Assembly: GCA_030704615.1 (NCBI GenBank)
Contig: CM060731.1
Coordinates: 55,676,001-55,740,000 of the forward strand
Direction of reading: 5' to 3'
Length of the DNA: 64,000 nucleotides
DNA from: Takakia lepidozioides
Lineage: Eukaryota > Plantae > Bryophyta
Shown here: positions 1-13,647 of the stretch, in pieces
Layout: every line of letters starts with the position of its first letter
How positions within the stretch are numbered: position 1 is the first letter of the stretch
Program-made: the position numbers and the translations under genes
Notes under the pieces: generated by a model
Database searches by the model: none
Told to the model about the DNA's origin: nothing
The model's input: only the letters and a program-made list of their open reading frames with translations

Positions 1-2130
1 CAATTGCATGGTCGGCTGCATGGCCCGAGAATAGTGTTTTGCAATCTCGGGGATGAAGTCCTTTCCAAGTGCCGGATCTGCAATTGCCACCAGCTTCACA
101 AGCTTTGACTTGTATTTGGTTCTGGACTTGACACCGGCTTCCTTCAAGTGCTCAGTCAATGACTGCAACGTTTTGACCTGCCCCTCACTTTCCATGAAGA
201 AGCGTTTGGCATGGGCCAAATCCAGCTTGATGTTTGACTGCCAACAAAACATGCAGAAGCGTTACATTCGATTCATGTGGAAAGATTACTGGAAATTGGG
301 GAAGGATGAGCAGAGGGAAATTGGAGGACGACTTACTTCGTATATCACCTCCACCATTCCATCCATAGTGAGACGATACCATGTCCGGTCTGTTTTTGCA
401 ACGGCTTTCTGAATGAGCTCGGGCTCCAGCATTTCCGCAAACATCTGCGGATCAGTGAGACCAGTTTTCTCACCCTGTACAGCATATGTGCCATGTGGGT
501 ATGCACGTACGCATTCTCAGTGACCCTGCAAGGCACACTCTCAGTTCAGTACACAGAAGCACGGAAACAAACCAGAATGGAAACCAAAATGCGGCACCGC
601 ATTTCGAACGTGCTAGGGAGGGTATGAGTATCTTACGAGTTGAGGTCCGCCATGGCATTCTTGAGCAGGGAGGAGTCTGCCGCCTTCACCTTCAGGATGA
701 CACACTCCACCATGTAATGCCAGCCAATGTGCTTGGCATGGTTCTGCTTGATGTACTCCCCACCAGGCAAGAAGTCGGTGATTCCCGTCCCACACAAAGA
801 ACATTTTACCAGACATATGGCCGAAGTCTGGATCACCCTTCAGCGTCGCCTCGAATTCATCGTTGCGAGTGTGCCAGTGGGTATCCCACGTTGACAATTC
901 ATCGGCAGTGGGTCCACGAGTTTCGCCGTCCTCATTCTCAATGGAAACGTAAAACGCTGCCGATCCCAGACGGTACCCTTCTCGAAATGCGAACTTGAGC
1001 TTATCCACATCTCCGGGAAGGGCCTGCCTGACGATGGGAAGGGAGACCATGCGACAGAGTGGGATTCGAAGAGTCCGCTGAATACCCTGCTGCCCAGAAC
1101 TCTGCCAATGCTACTGTGTCTCCTCCAACATTTTATCCGCTGCACTTTTGAAATCCTCCGGAGACATGTCTGTAGGTGCCGGTAGTGGCTGAGCAGCTGG
1201 AGCATCCTCAACTGGAGCTGCACTCTGGGGCCTGTTTGCGGGCAATTCTGCCATTACAGAGGCCTCCTCCGGGCCTGTTTGTGGGCAATTCTGCCATTAC
1301 AGAGGCCTCCTTCGGGCCTGCTTGCTCATCGGTGGTGAGGTCTTGCTGCGAACGTTCAGCGGCAGCACCCTCCTCCGGTACCAAATCGACAAAAACGGTC
1401 GATCCCATTGCCTTCGCTGCAGCAGAGACGGCCCCAACATCTGCAGGCGGGAAATCCTCCAGGAACTGAGCTTCAGCTCGTGGAAGCGGTTTTGCGGGAG
1501 ATTGTTCGGCCGTCGCCCTGATTGCCTTCTGCTTCCTCATCCTTGCAGGTGAAGGTGTCTGCTGCAATTGAATCTGTCTTTTACCCTGCTGCTTCATTCG
1601 CGTTGGGGGGGGTGAATCGGCCTGAGCCGGTTCAGAAACCAGTAGAGGGACGGGCTGCTTCTTCTTCGACTTTGTTGGAGAAGGGCCCGACCCCTGCTGG
1701 CGATTCTCCATGACCGAAGAACGCGAGTCGATCTCTGGGGCTTTGAACTTGCCCTTCGAAGCCGCGTCTTTGAAACGCACAGGGCTAGGCCCGGCAGGAA
1801 TACCCGCGCTCGGGGATCGGGTGGGTGTACGTGCTGCAGCTAGCTCCTCGGACTCTTCCTGCGGCTCTTCGGATTCCTGCGATCCCTCCAGCACGTCCAC
1901 CTTTCCTGTTAGGCATGCAAACATGTTCTGCATTCAAGTCTCCTAGCATTCAGTCTAAGAATTACAGAAGCAAAATGGGGGTTCGGTGCTCGATCAGCTG
2001 CGCGCAGCCCGATCGCATGGAGCTCTCACTGGTGGCTGGGTTGCCTGAATGGCCTACTGCTCGCAATGGCTCTCCTCCTGTAGACGCATATGCTTCCTCC
2101 CCTTCGGCATTGGCCTACGTCCGAGTATAA
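1..2130 (-). pseudogene. Spliced gene encoding a ParB/Sulfiredoxin-like N-terminal domain protein (low-complexity N-terminus, ParB-like domain at ~637-1050); frameshifted, runs off the window start; probably a transposon accessory gene
   Basis: ORF 613..1050 contains FFVWDGNHRLLAW (ParB/Srx DGxHR motif). It continues in ORF 633..836 (..VECVILKV..AMADLNS). GT-AG introns at 636-526 (GTAAG...TTGCAG) and 336-238 (GTAAGT...TTGGCAG) join further open exons (RVTENAYVHTH..; SNIKLDLAHAKRFF..). The upstream ORF 1208..1933 is S/P/K/E-rich. The 5' boundary is uncertain. Confidence 0.6.
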
Positions 2131-2489
2131 TTTTCGGAGCTTGCGACGAGGTCTCCTGTCTGGTGCACGAACTCTCCCCCTCTCAGGTTCGAGCATAAGA
2201 AGAAAAACAGGGAAAAGGGGCAAAGAGTGCAGATGGAAAGGGCGCGAGAGGGGTCACTGAGGAGACACGACAAAAGTAGATGAAACGGCGGTGATGCACC
2301 ACTTGGGTTCGAAAGGGTTGGACGAAAGTGTCTCCTCGTGGACTTTGCGTCATTACGAAATTCGAATCGTTCAGAGTACGTCTGCCGTCCGAAAAACAAA
2401 ACATCATTATCCAACGGTCAGGCCGCGCCGCCTCATGCCACTTCAGTCAGATAGAGTGCCGACATGTGCCGCAATTCCGTTGCTCCACG

Positions 2490-2736
2490 TGTTCACATTT
2501 CAAGGCATTTCCGTCCCAGCGTCTGATGAGTTGGAGTGAAAATGCGAATGCGGCGCCGCATTTCCGTTAAGTACCATCACGAAGCTACACATCCGTACTT
2601 GTTGGAAGAAAATGCGGCACCGCATTTCCGTTCCACCTCCACATACCTTAGTTGTTGAACGGAAATACGGTGCCGCATTTCCGTCCCACAGCTCCATGTA
2701 TGAAATACAAAAGGGAAATGCGGCGCCGCATTTCCG
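2490..2736. repeat. Truncated array of 24-bp palindromes CGGAAATGCGGCNCCGCATTTCCG, same family as 62734-64000 in the opposite orientation
   Basis: Copies end at 2513 (degenerate), 2566, 2630, 2683 and 2736, mostly 53 bp apart. Spacers 2631-2659 and 2684-2712 are reverse complements of spacer types in the terminal array. Confidence 0.85.
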
Positions 2737-2744
2737 TTCTGGAG

Positions 2745-5660
2745 GAACCAGCCACTGTGAGGTTACAGGATGAAGTGGTGACTGGTTGGACAATCACAGC
2801 TGATGAGCAGGTGAGGGAAGTGAATGTGGGAACTAAAGAGGAACCAAAGATGGTGAAGGTAGGAGCTGATTTGGAGCCATAATTCTTTGAAGAAGCTAAG
2901 AGTTTGTTCATCAAATACAGATATGTATTTGCTTGGAGCTACGAGGATCTAAAAGGGATACCACCTGAGATCTGTCAGCATAAGATTGAATTGGAACCAG
3001 GATCAGTACCAATCAAGCAGGCAAGGTACAGAATGAATCCCAACTATGCACAGAAGGTTGGAGAAGAGATCAAGAAGTTGGATGAGGCTAAGTTTATATA
3101 CCCAATAGAGTATACAACTTGGTTGTCACCCATTGTGATAGTTCCCAAGAAAAATGGTAAACTAAGAGTTTGTGTGAACTACAAGAAGCTGAATGCTTGT
3201 ACGAAGAAAGATCCTTTCCCTTTGCCATTCACAGAAGCAGTATTGGACACTGTGGCAGGCCATGAGATGTACTCATTCATGGATGGCTTCAGTGGTTATA
3301 ATCAAGTGCAAGTGGCAGAGGAAGACCAGGGAAAGACAGCTTTCATCACAGACTGGGGTGCTTATGCATACAAAGTCATGCCCTTTGGACTTTGTAATGC
3401 ACCAGCAACCTTTCAAAGAGTGATAAGTGAATCTTTTCATGAGTATCTGGATGATTTCATGCAGGTGTTCTTGGATGATTTCAGTGTGTACAGCTCTAAG
3501 AATGAGCACTTGCATAAATTGGAGTTATGTCTGGCCAGATGCAGGATGAGAGGTCTAGGCCTGAATCCAGAGAAGTGTACTTTCTGTGTGAACTCAGGGG
3601 TGCTTCTGGGACACATTGTGTGTAAGAGGGGACTTCTTGGATCCCAGGAAAACAGAGGCCATTAAAGCCTCTCCACCACCAGTGAATGTTAAGAGTCTAA
3701 AGAGATTCCTTGGGCAAACCAGTTATTACAGAAGATTTGTCAAACGGTATGCACAGATAGCAGCACCATTGAGCAAACTTCTGAAGAAAGATGCAGTGTT
3801 TGCATGGACACCTGAATGTCAACAGGCTTTTGAGGAACTTACATTGTCAGTAACAACTACATCTGTGCTGATTAATCCTCACTGACAGGAAATATTTCAT
3901 GTTCACTGTGATGCTTCTGGAGAAGCACTAGGAGCAGTGTTAGCCCAAAATGTTACAGGAAGGATAGATTCACCTGTGTACTATGCTAGCCGATTGATGA
4001 ACAATGCCGAAAGAAATTATAGCACAACGGAAAGAGAAGCATTGGCAATGATCTATGCAGTGAAGAAATTCAGGCATTACTTGTTGGGCAAGAAGTTTAT
4101 GTTCTATGTGGATCACCGGGCTCTGATATACCTGGTAAACAAACCTCTGATAAGCGGAAGAATAGCAAGCTGGTCGATAATCTTGCACGAGTTTGAGTTC
4201 GAGGTTGTTTACAAGCCTGGGAGGCTGCATCTTGTGGCGGATCACTTGTCACGGTTATCAACAGGAGAACCAGCCACAGGAGTAGATGATCAATTACCAG
4301 ATGCGAGTCTATTTGCAGTGGAGGTGCAGGGAAGTGCAGATGACTGGTTAGATTGGCAGTGGCCAATCAGATACTACCTTGCTCATGGTCAGTGCCCACC
4401 AAGTTATGGAAAGGAGCAGAGAAAGAGAATTGCTATCAAGGCTCTACCTTACACTATGGTAGGGAGCAGAATGTATAAGCTAGGACCAGATGGAGTGCTG
4501 AAGCGATGCTTATACCACCATGAAGTTAATAAAGTTTTGGAGGAAGTTCATAAAGGAGTGGCTGGAGGTCATTTTGGAGAAGAGACTACCAGTAGAAAGA
4601 TACTACTTGCAGGTTACTGGTGGCCTACTTTGTTCAAAGATGTACACAAGTATTGTCAGAGTTGTGATGAATGTCAGAGGCTAGGACCTTTGCAGAGATC
4701 TGGGAAGATGGCTTTGCATCCTACAATGCCTACGGAACCATTTCAGAAATGGGGACTAGACTTTGTTGGACCAATTAACCCACCAGCCAAGAATACACAG
4801 AACAGGTACATAATTACAGCCACTGATTATACTACGAAGTGGGTGGAAGCTAAAGCTTTGAGGGACAACACAGCCAAGTCCACAGCAAGGTTCCTGTATG
4901 AGAACATACTTACACGATTTGGCTGTCCCTTGGAAATTATCAGTGATCAGGGAAGTCACTTCATTAATGAGACCATTGATTGATTAAAGAGTTCTTGATT
5001 GTGCATAGGAAGAGTACAACATATTTACCCACAGGGTAATGGGCAGGCAGAGGCTACCAACAAATATTATGTACTATCTTGGCTAAGATAGTCAATGCAA
5101 ATAGAACGGATTGGGATACAAAGCTGCTGACAGCTTTGTGGTCATACATGACTTCATATAAAATCACCACTAAGTATACACCATTCCAATTTGTTTATGG
5201 TATGGAAGCTTTACTTCCAGTGGAATTCCTGTTACCTACCATGAGAACGGAATGGGGAAAGAGAATGGAATTGCAAGATTCAATTAAGGTCAGGAAACAT
5301 GAATTATACCATGTGGAAGAAATACGTGCTGATGCAGCTGATAACATGACCTGAATTCAGATGAAGAGAAAGGAACAGTTTGATGAAGGCAAGTTAAAGA
5401 CTTTTAAGACGGGAGATTTGGTTCTCTGGTTGCAGAAGAAGGGAAAGATTAAAGCTTATAAGCTTAAATCACCATGGAAAGGACCTTATGACATACAGAA
5501 GATGTATGATAACAACACCGCCATGTTACAAACCATTAACAAAGAGATGTTGGGAAGAGTAAATGCCAATAAGTTGAAGGGGTACAGTGGTATCCATGAC
5601 AAACCATTGCAGCATGATTTGCATGTTGAAAGCAGAACCAGTCATGGGCTGCACCAGTGA
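2745..5660 (+). pseudogene. pol: pol (reverse transcriptase, RNase H, integrase), with frameshifts and stops
   Basis: RT: [47 protein letters not shown]. RNase H: [25 protein letters not shown]. Integrase: [34 protein letters not shown]. Confidence 0.95.
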
Positions 5661-5728
5661 TACCAACGGAGTATGGAGCACTTGTCGCTAGGCCGAGCGT
5701 ATATGACCAGGGCGCGCAATACAGGCGC

Positions 5729-5930
5729 GACACAGCCTATCACAGCCAATCACGGCACGACACAACCTATCACAACCCATCACGACGCGGCACAGCCTAT
5801 CACAGCCCATCACGGTGTCACACAGCCTATCACAACCTACCACAGCTTGTCACAACCTATCACAGCTTACCACAGTGCAACACAGCCTATCACAGCGTAC
5901 CACAGTATGACACAGCCTGTCACAGCTCAA
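5729..5930 (+). repeat. 30-bp tandem repeat (CACAGCCTATCACAGCCCATCACG..) encoding TAYHSPSRRD-like decapeptides
   Basis: About 7 units visible; ORF 5657..6352. Confidence 0.85.
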
Positions 5931-6349
5931 CACATTTTATTGGGGTTACACAGTCCATAGGATCCTTGACAGGTGGACGTGGGTTAACATCCGGACAGTG
6001 GCCGGCGGAAAAGTGGACGGAAGCACGTTCAGAAATGGACACGTGGACGCCAGGGCGAGACACACAGCCGGACATGGATTGCAAAGGCGAGTGTCATCAA
6101 GGAAGAAGACAAAATTGGCCGTCAAAGTACCTACCCGACACATTAACTTATTATGGGCCCATTAATGCATACGGGGAAAGGGTAACGGAACCCTTAAAAA
6201 GTACCGAAAAGCGAAATCCATGTCACATGTGCTATCCTAGTGGACAGTCCAGAGTGGAAAATCCATGGAAGGAAATGAAATCTAAAATCCTGTCACAGCA
6301 GTTACATCCAATCAAAAGCCAGAAGCAAATCAAGATAATGGAGGAATTT

Positions 6350-7514
6350 TAAGCGCAAGAGTCGGCGTCGTTCCAAGTAACGGGCGTCACGACGGGACAG
6401 ACCATCAATGCTATAGCTTTGAAGCTATGGAGGAACTACCAAACTATACGCTCGCGATACTACTTACGCAGTGGCACGGGGATAGAAGAACAGAGAGTAT
6501 ATTTTCTCTTAATCGATGCTTGCAAGCCCCGCAGGCTTACAAGAAATTACCCATAGCATTTTGTGGCAACCATACGTTTATGTTTTGTGCCCTGCAGGCA
6601 TTTCTTCAATTGTTACAGCCAAACCTTTCTGTGGGTCTAGAATGAAGAGAGTGAGAGGAATGGAAGAAATCAGGGTGAAGAGCACCACAATCCTGCAGAA
6701 ACAAACGATTGCTACTCCACAGGCGGTACAGTTACTGAAGGAGCTGCGGTTAGAAGGATTGTAAAGCAAAGATTGGACAATGCACCATAGGCAGTACATG
6801 TTACAATTTTTGCAGAACTTTGAGCCTAGGACAGGAGCAACAACGGTGAAGGGAGTTGAATTAGAAATTACTCCCTTATACCTACAGCAATTGTTTGAAT
6901 TGCCATCAGGTCAGGTGCATGTGGAGGAGAACAAGGCAAGATTGCAAATAGGGGACTTATTCCAAGAAGGGAGTTTCTTTAAAACTCAGGGTTATGCTTG
7001 TACCAAGGCCGTGTACCCAGGGCTAAGGGAGGTAGGCCAGGTATTGAACGTTCTGTTTGCCATGAAACAGAACCAACAGTATTTGAGCAGATCCTTCACA
7101 GAGGAAATACTCAAAGCCCTAAGAGGAGAAGAAGTAGCATGGGCGGACATAATGTACAACGCACTGGTAGAGGAGATGATGAGATTACAAGGCACTGCCG
7201 CAAAGTCTCCTATCATAGTGTCTGGCCCAATCATTGCTCAAATAATTCTTGATTCTTGCATACTTGATGGTCGGGAAAGAAAGGAGATGGGAGTGTTTGA
7301 GGCCGAAACCACCGGAAGAGCAAGGCTCTTCACACAGTGAGGGTGGACTGGCAGGGCAACCCCAGTCTAAGAGATAGAGGCAGGGAAAGACTGTAGTGGC
7401 GGATCCACTGGCTTCACGGAAACCGCATGATAATGTTTCCCAAGCTCTTGTGCAGGAAGGGGCACAGCAGCACAGAGAGCTGCTATTATTGGAAGCAGGG
7501 CCTTCAGAGAAGGA
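6350..7514 (+). pseudogene. 5' part of the family Y extension ORF downstream of integrase
   Basis: ORFs 6427..6645, 6516..6764 and 6780..7340 match 25188..27600 (MLQFLQNFEPRTG..). Confidence 0.8.
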
Positions 7515-8371
7515 TGTCGCGCGGCTTTTACTCACCCATCCCTTCGCTATCTAAGGCAGAAACTCCAAGATAGAAGAGTTGGAAATCTCTAAGCACTCAG
7601 CCCGCTCAGAACAATCAGTCATGACCTACAGCTAGTGTATCATGGGGGTGTTTCCTATTTGTTTTCCTTCCCGCATTCATGTTATCTAGTTACCTTACTG
7701 TTGGTAATTAAGTATCAATTTGCTTCAGCGATCTATCGGATTTCATTAACTCATCCATTCATTCCACAGCTTCACTCAGATCTCTCTACACAGTGTGAGT
7801 ATGAAGTATGTATCAAATTAATATCTATCAAGTATCAGGCTGAAGCCATGGAGTCTCTAATCTGCTCTACATTACAACACTACTGCTTGCATTCATCAAG
7901 CATCAACAGATCGTCCTCCTCCTACTCCGTGCTCTCCCTCTTTCTGCTCAAAGATCTTCTCTCTGCCTCATTTTCCCCCCAGTGATGTCCGAAGTCCCCC
8001 CAAGAAGTGATCCTTTTTTTGTCCTTGCTCCTCGCTTTATCTTCCTACCCGTTGTTCTAACCGTTTCCCTCACTAACCGTCATCCGTGAACTAACATGTT
8101 CCATTCGCAGATGTTGTTCCCCACAGTCGTTCCATGTCCTGCTATCCGTTCCCTATGGTCGTGACAGCTATGTCAAGCTGTGACTGGCTGTGCGACTGTG
8201 TTGGGCTGTGTGGGCTGTGACGGCTGTGTCGGACTGTGACGGGCTATGTAACCCCCCCCTAAAGTGCGCTGCTGTCACCCCTAAGGCTCCTGTTGGTCTC
8301 AGTCTGTGCAAAAATTAAGGGTACCCCACAGATCCCGTAAAAGTGTCTAAGTCCCAAACAGCCTTCTAACA
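7515..8371 (-). repeat. 3' LTR of family Y copy 2 (TGTTAG...GCGACA)
   Basis: TG..CA termini; PPT at ~8374-8390 (minus strand GAGAGGGGGAGGGGTAGA); homologous to 22775-23803 and 58075-59165. Confidence 0.85.
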
Positions 8372-8403
8372 TCTACCCCTCCCCCTCTCAAAAAACCGTG
8401 TCC

Positions 8404-11400
8404 TCACGGTTTACTGTTTGGGATTAGCAAACCTTTGTGAGCGAGCACCCTTCTGACGTTGAGAGTCTCGTGAAGGACTCTGTGTGCGAGCCTGAGGTCT
8501 GTCACTGGTTGACGGAGATGATTGAACACTACCTGGATATGTGAGGCCCTCTGGAGGCTGATATCGAGGTAATCTTTAAACAATTGTATCAGAATCCTCA
8601 TCGCCTCTCAGGTGTTTTAACTGGCGAACTTTTTGTGGAATCCTCTGGGGCATACAATGTTGTCCTACCATGTCTGGAAGTTTAAACTGCAAAACTTGCT
8701 GTAAACGCTGAATGGCAAAATTGGTGAAGACCCTGAGCTCCTTGTCTGTCCAGGTGAGTGGGGTACCAATGACTTGTGAACTGTGCAAGTATTTCCATGC
8801 CTCATGTCCCTTAAAGAAAATATCGTCAGGGCCGAATTTCTGTGTTGACAAATTGTTCCAGGCCGCATGAAACCATGAACGAATTTGAGAATCCTTTTGC
8901 ATCATAACTTTTGCCTCATATAGGTACATATGAGGTGGCACTAAAGGTAAGACCCAATGATCCCCACTGGAATAACTCAGAAAGTGCGTTTGCATCTTCT
9001 GCTGCTCAATGTGATAACGTACTAGAAAATAAGCAGCGTAGTATAACCCGCAGCCCATGACAATACTTTGTTGGGTCTTGGTATAAATGAATCCATGTAC
9101 AACTTGGAAGGCAATTAATTCCTTCAACATGGTATTTGCCTCATGCCAGTACTGCGCAAAGTGATGATCCTCAATTGGTCGATTGTTCGGAAGAACTTTA
9201 GTCCTAGTTGCCACTTGCAGCCAAATGCGCATGATTTGATAGTAATGTGCCAATGACTGCGGAGGACTAAATTCCTTCCAAGCCAAATCCAACACAATGG
9301 GAATTTGGTTGAAGGGCATAATCATAGCCCGACTGTACTCCCGTGCAGCAGGAGTTTTAGGTGGGTTAAAAGCAGCATTCCCCCATACCTCAGGCTGTGG
9401 TGGTTGTGGTGTGGCTGTAGTAACAACAGGGTCAGCTACTGGCACAGTGACTTGTTGTGGTGTTAGTGGCACTGGCTCTTGTACCATTGGCATCTCCTGC
9501 ACCCCCTGCGAAGAAGACTGAAAAGCCAAAGTTCTGGCTTGTAAATAAGAAGCCATCAGTTGTTCCTCAGGTACAAAGACTCTCTTGTCAATATTTGATG
9601 TTAGGTCCTCTACCTGAGTCTGCAGGCCGTCTACATCCTCTTGTAGCTCTGCTATCCTACTATAGACATTGTCTATAGTAGTTGTGGCAATGTTCTGCAC
9701 TTGCAGTCTGAGTTCATTCATCTCGCTTTGGGTGAGCTTTCGTGGTGCTTTGCCCTCCACCGGCCGTTGTGCTAACCAGACCTGCATAAGGTGGTTATCC
9801 ACCAATTTGCTTGTGGCACCCCTGAGAGTCTGCTCCTGTGTGAACTTGTACACATCTATCTGCTGCTGTAAAGCCTCCATGCGCTTTGCATGAGGTTCAA
9901 CCAAATTCGCATATGTAGCAGCCAGATTATTGGCTTCCTTCCATGCCTTGTTAGCCATCGAGAGTTCATTTCTATTTACCATGAGTGTTTGTTGCAACTC
10001 CAGGATGTACCTCTCTTGGTCAGCTTCAACCTGCCTGTATTGTTTGAAAGTATTCTCATTGCGACAGATTGTATTCTTCATATCGACAATGAGTTTCAAT
10101 TGCTCACATTCTCTGTCTCTGTCTCTGTCGTACATTTTTCCGCTTGACTGTTTATTTCTATTGTAGCTTGGTTAAGCATAGTTGTGAGTGTAGCGCATTG
10201 TATGGCCATCATGTCATGCACTGTCTGCAACTCCGTATGTAGTGCATTCACTTCTTGCAACTTACTTTCATGCTTCACCTGCATTTGGTATAGCTGTTGC
10301 TTATGTGCTTCGTGCAACTGGTCTTGCGCGAGGCCTGCCTCAATCAATTGTTCCTTGGCCAATTGCAAAGCAGCTTTTGTACTCTCTAAGTCTTGCTGTA
10401 TCTTGAGAGTGACCTCCTCATCGACCTTGTTTGCACACTAAGTGGCAAGTCGAGCCTCAAACTCCTTCCTGAGTTCCTCCCTCAAAGTTGCCAATTGGGT
10501 AGTTGGAACATGAGATTTGACATAAGTGCCCAACAAATTAAGTGTCCTGCTTATGGAACTCATAAGCATGGCCTGTTGAGGGTCGTCATGGTGAGCTTGC
10601 TGCTGTTCTCCCTGATCCTCAACAGTTTGATGCCTCACGAACCATTCAGGCCATTGCCCCAACAAATTTTTTTCCTGAACCACTTCATCCGTCACCGGTG
10701 CTGCAGTGTCTTGACATTCTACCTGTGGTACCTCCGTCACAGGTGTGTGTATTATATGCACCGCAGGGTTTCCCCTAGACAACTGTTGCACCTCTGGAAT
10801 CACTGTTTCCTTGACCAGACTAGAATATTCATAGAGAAGGTCCCCCTTTTCAATTTCTGCCACCACCTGTTCTGTAGTGGGAATATCTAACCCTTCTTTC
10901 TCCAAATCAATTATTTGTGGTGGAACTGCATGGACAACTTGTGGCAACTCTGTGACAAGCCGATCATCTGGCTGTGATGGCTATGATACTGAAGTAACTT
11001 CCTCTTCCCTCTCTGAAGGCCCCGCTTCCAATAATAGCAGCTCTCTGTGCTGCTGTGCCCCTTCCTGCACAAGAGCTTGGGAAACATTATACGGATTCCG
11101 TGAAGCCAGTGGACCCGCCACTACAGTCTTTCCCCACCTCTGTCTCTTAGTCTGGGGTTGCCCTGCCAGTCCACCCTCACTGTGTGAAGAGCCTTGCTCT
11201 TCCATTGCAGTGGTTTCAGTCTCAAACACTCCCATCTCCTTTCTTTCTCGAGCATCAAGTATGCCAGAATCAAGAATTATTTGCAATGATTGGGCCAGAC
11301 ACTATGATAGGAGACTTTGCGGCAGTGCCTTGTAATCTTTTCATCTCCTCTACCAGTGCGTTGTACATTATGTCCGCCCATTCTACCTCTTCTCCTCTCA

Positions 11401-11446
11401 GGGCTTTGAGTATTTCCTCTGTGAAGGATCTGCTCAAATATTGTTG
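8404..11446 (-). pseudogene. Family Y extension ORF (coiled-coil-rich protein of unknown function), frameshifted
   Basis: ORFs 10981..11286, 10438..10947, 10096..10368 and 8576..10135 are collinear with 25188..27236 and 23842..25128. Confidence 0.8.
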
Positions 11447-13598
11447 TGTAGTGTGAAAAGAAGGGGCGTGAATCCCCTTCTGTATAATTCTAATTGTGCT
11501 TCCTTCCATTTTGAGCGGAGCAAAAGAAAGAAGGTTCTTCTTTTCTGTCCTACTGTCGTCAGTTGGCTGTGGGTTTCCCTCAGCTCCTTCGTGATCAGAG
11601 TTCAAGCAATCCTCATCCACGCCGCAGCGGAAGAGAAGACATGGATGGGGAGTCAAATTGTTGTTCACTCTTGGTTCTACCTTTTTACACAACATCCTCT
11701 ACTACCTGCAGGTACAGCACCAACTATGCTGCCACGATGTATTCAGTGATGCAATCAGCCCTATGTCAGTGATAAACACTGCCCTTGTGGGCAGTTCCCT
11801 TGGTCTGCAACACGTCGGAAGCCCCTTTTTGTAATGAGATCACGGTCTAGGTGGGTGGACAGCTCAGATCTGCCATGAACTGCAGGCCCACTAGTTTGAT
11901 CATTCAGGGTTCATGTCTTCTTGACCTTGCCTCTCCATTTGTCCATCCCTCATCAACCTTCTCTCCCTTTTCACTTTTTCTTTCTCTCAAATCCTTTTTC
12001 CTTGGTGTGTGGATTCCTCACTTTTTCACAACAGCATGGCTATGATGCAATGCAAATGCACATCCAGCCAGGCATCCAGTGCATCCATCATTGAAGTCAA
12101 CCTTGGTTACAAGACATGATGCCCCTCTGTCGGTCTTTCTCTTTTTCTCTCTCTCCAGTGACTGGTCCTTGCACTATCTTTCCCCAAGTGGATCCTATTT
12201 GGCCAAGGTGCTTCACAACCCTTCTACAGATCTCAAATCACACACCCTGACAGCTCTCTTTTTCTCCTCAAATGCAAACCTCAGTCATTCACATGTTGAG
12301 AACACTTCTATAAATCAGATCCACAACCCCAAAACAGTATTGACTTTTCTTCCCCATCCACGTCATCCCTCTCAGTTCTTCAAATCCGTCTCTGTCTGAC
12401 CATCCCTGTTCTCCTTTATCCACCAAGCTAGTTCTACACTGGCTCCACTGTTTTAACATCCAGGCTGGTTTGCTTATGGTGCCTGAATGCACTGAAAATA
12501 AAGAAAAGGAACACAACAACAGCAACCATTCTGACCCTGATGTGAGCTATCCTTGTCCCCTCTCTCTTTTCTTAATGACAGTGTAACAACAGGTGCATCC
12601 ATCTCCACCCTATCCTGGTTTGAATTCCAGTGTCTTCATTCCATTTTCAAAGGGCCTTTCTACTCCTCACATTTCTGTCCCCTTCAGCAGATACAAGAGA
12701 CAGTTCCAAAAACTTCACAAAGTCATTCCTAAGTGCCCAAAAAGAGAAGCAAACACTCTTAGAACTTATCTGTCTTATACTCGTGTGAAGCGGTGGTTCT
12801 GCCTGCTAAGCTGGCACCTCACCATCGCTGTCAGCAGCCATATTCAACGCTTCTCCTCATCTTGATTCCAGTTCTCATCATGTCATGACGGCTTGCTTCA
12901 TTAGCTGGCAACATCCTTGTGCTTGCCAACCTCTACCCTATCCCTCTACATGTGTACTTCTGCCCTAAGGATTGATGTGCTCCTACAGCTCTAAGACAGA
13001 AGGCTACTACAAGTTTTAATTACAGATGACCTGAGTCGCATCCACACCAGCCTGCACTTCTCATTCCCCAACAGCTGTTGTTGCGCTCCATCTCCTCATA
13101 ACTGTACTCTTCAAGACAATGGCGGCAGCGGTAGTGCACTGCTCTTAGCACCTGCTCAGCTTTCAAAATTGATTATCACCACGCAGAAAGAGGCACCGCT
13201 TCTCCTTGCACAAAATGCCAAGCAGATCCCTTAACGTCGCGCTTTAAGACAAGCTGATTCACATGGTGCAGGTGTAAGTTCCCAAGCCAGCCTGCCTGAC
13301 AACACGACGGCAGCAGCTGTGAAGAGTTGCCCGTCGTCTTCCTCCTCGTTTTCCTCAGCTCGAGTTTCTAGGTTAAACATACGCGACGAAAATCATTCAT
13401 TCCAAGGATGAAAATGCGCATGTTATGACTTAGCCATATTTTGTCCTGGCAGAGCAAGAGCATAGTGTTCCCATGGAATTACCTGTAGGCCTGGGTAATT
13501 CTCTCCCGACATTAGTACCAGGCACTCCCTTCTTCACCAATGCCGTAATTTGATTCCCAACAAAATTTTCAATGTTACTCCCCTGCATTCACACTACA
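11447..13598 (-). repeat. 3' LTR of element A
   Basis: In element orientation TGTAGTGTGAATGC...CCCCTTCTTTTCACACTACA. Confidence 0.95.
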
Positions 13599-13620
13599 TA
13601 TGTAGTGTGTCTCCCCTTTT
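13590..13620 (-). promoter_or_regulatory. Polypurine tract (AAAAGGGGAGA) followed by 20-bp palindrome CACACTACATATGTAGTGTG
   Basis: Read directly: palindrome 13590-13609, PPT 13610-13620. Confidence 0.9.
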
Positions 13621-13647
13621 AAGTGTCAGGGTCCTCACTGACCACCT

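Larger units (their letters stand above)
2740..7514 (+). mobile_element. Ty3/gypsy family Y copy 1 (internal fragment: RT-RNase H-integrase plus start of the 3' extension ORF)
   Basis: Homologous to 22775-42815. Begins abruptly at the palindrome array (LEEPATV) and is cut at 7514 by the LTR of copy 2. Confidence 0.9.

Noticed and set aside
613-1050. Bacterial parB from contamination or recent horizontal transfer
   Set aside because: The gene has GT-AG introns and is embedded in plant transposon sequence; no parA or operon is present.
11447-13598. Short ORFs repeated in family X LTRs (e.g. MHPSPPYPGL.., MNNNLTPHPC..)
   Set aside because: They recur only because the LTRs are repeated, are broken by indels between copies and show no recognisable domain.
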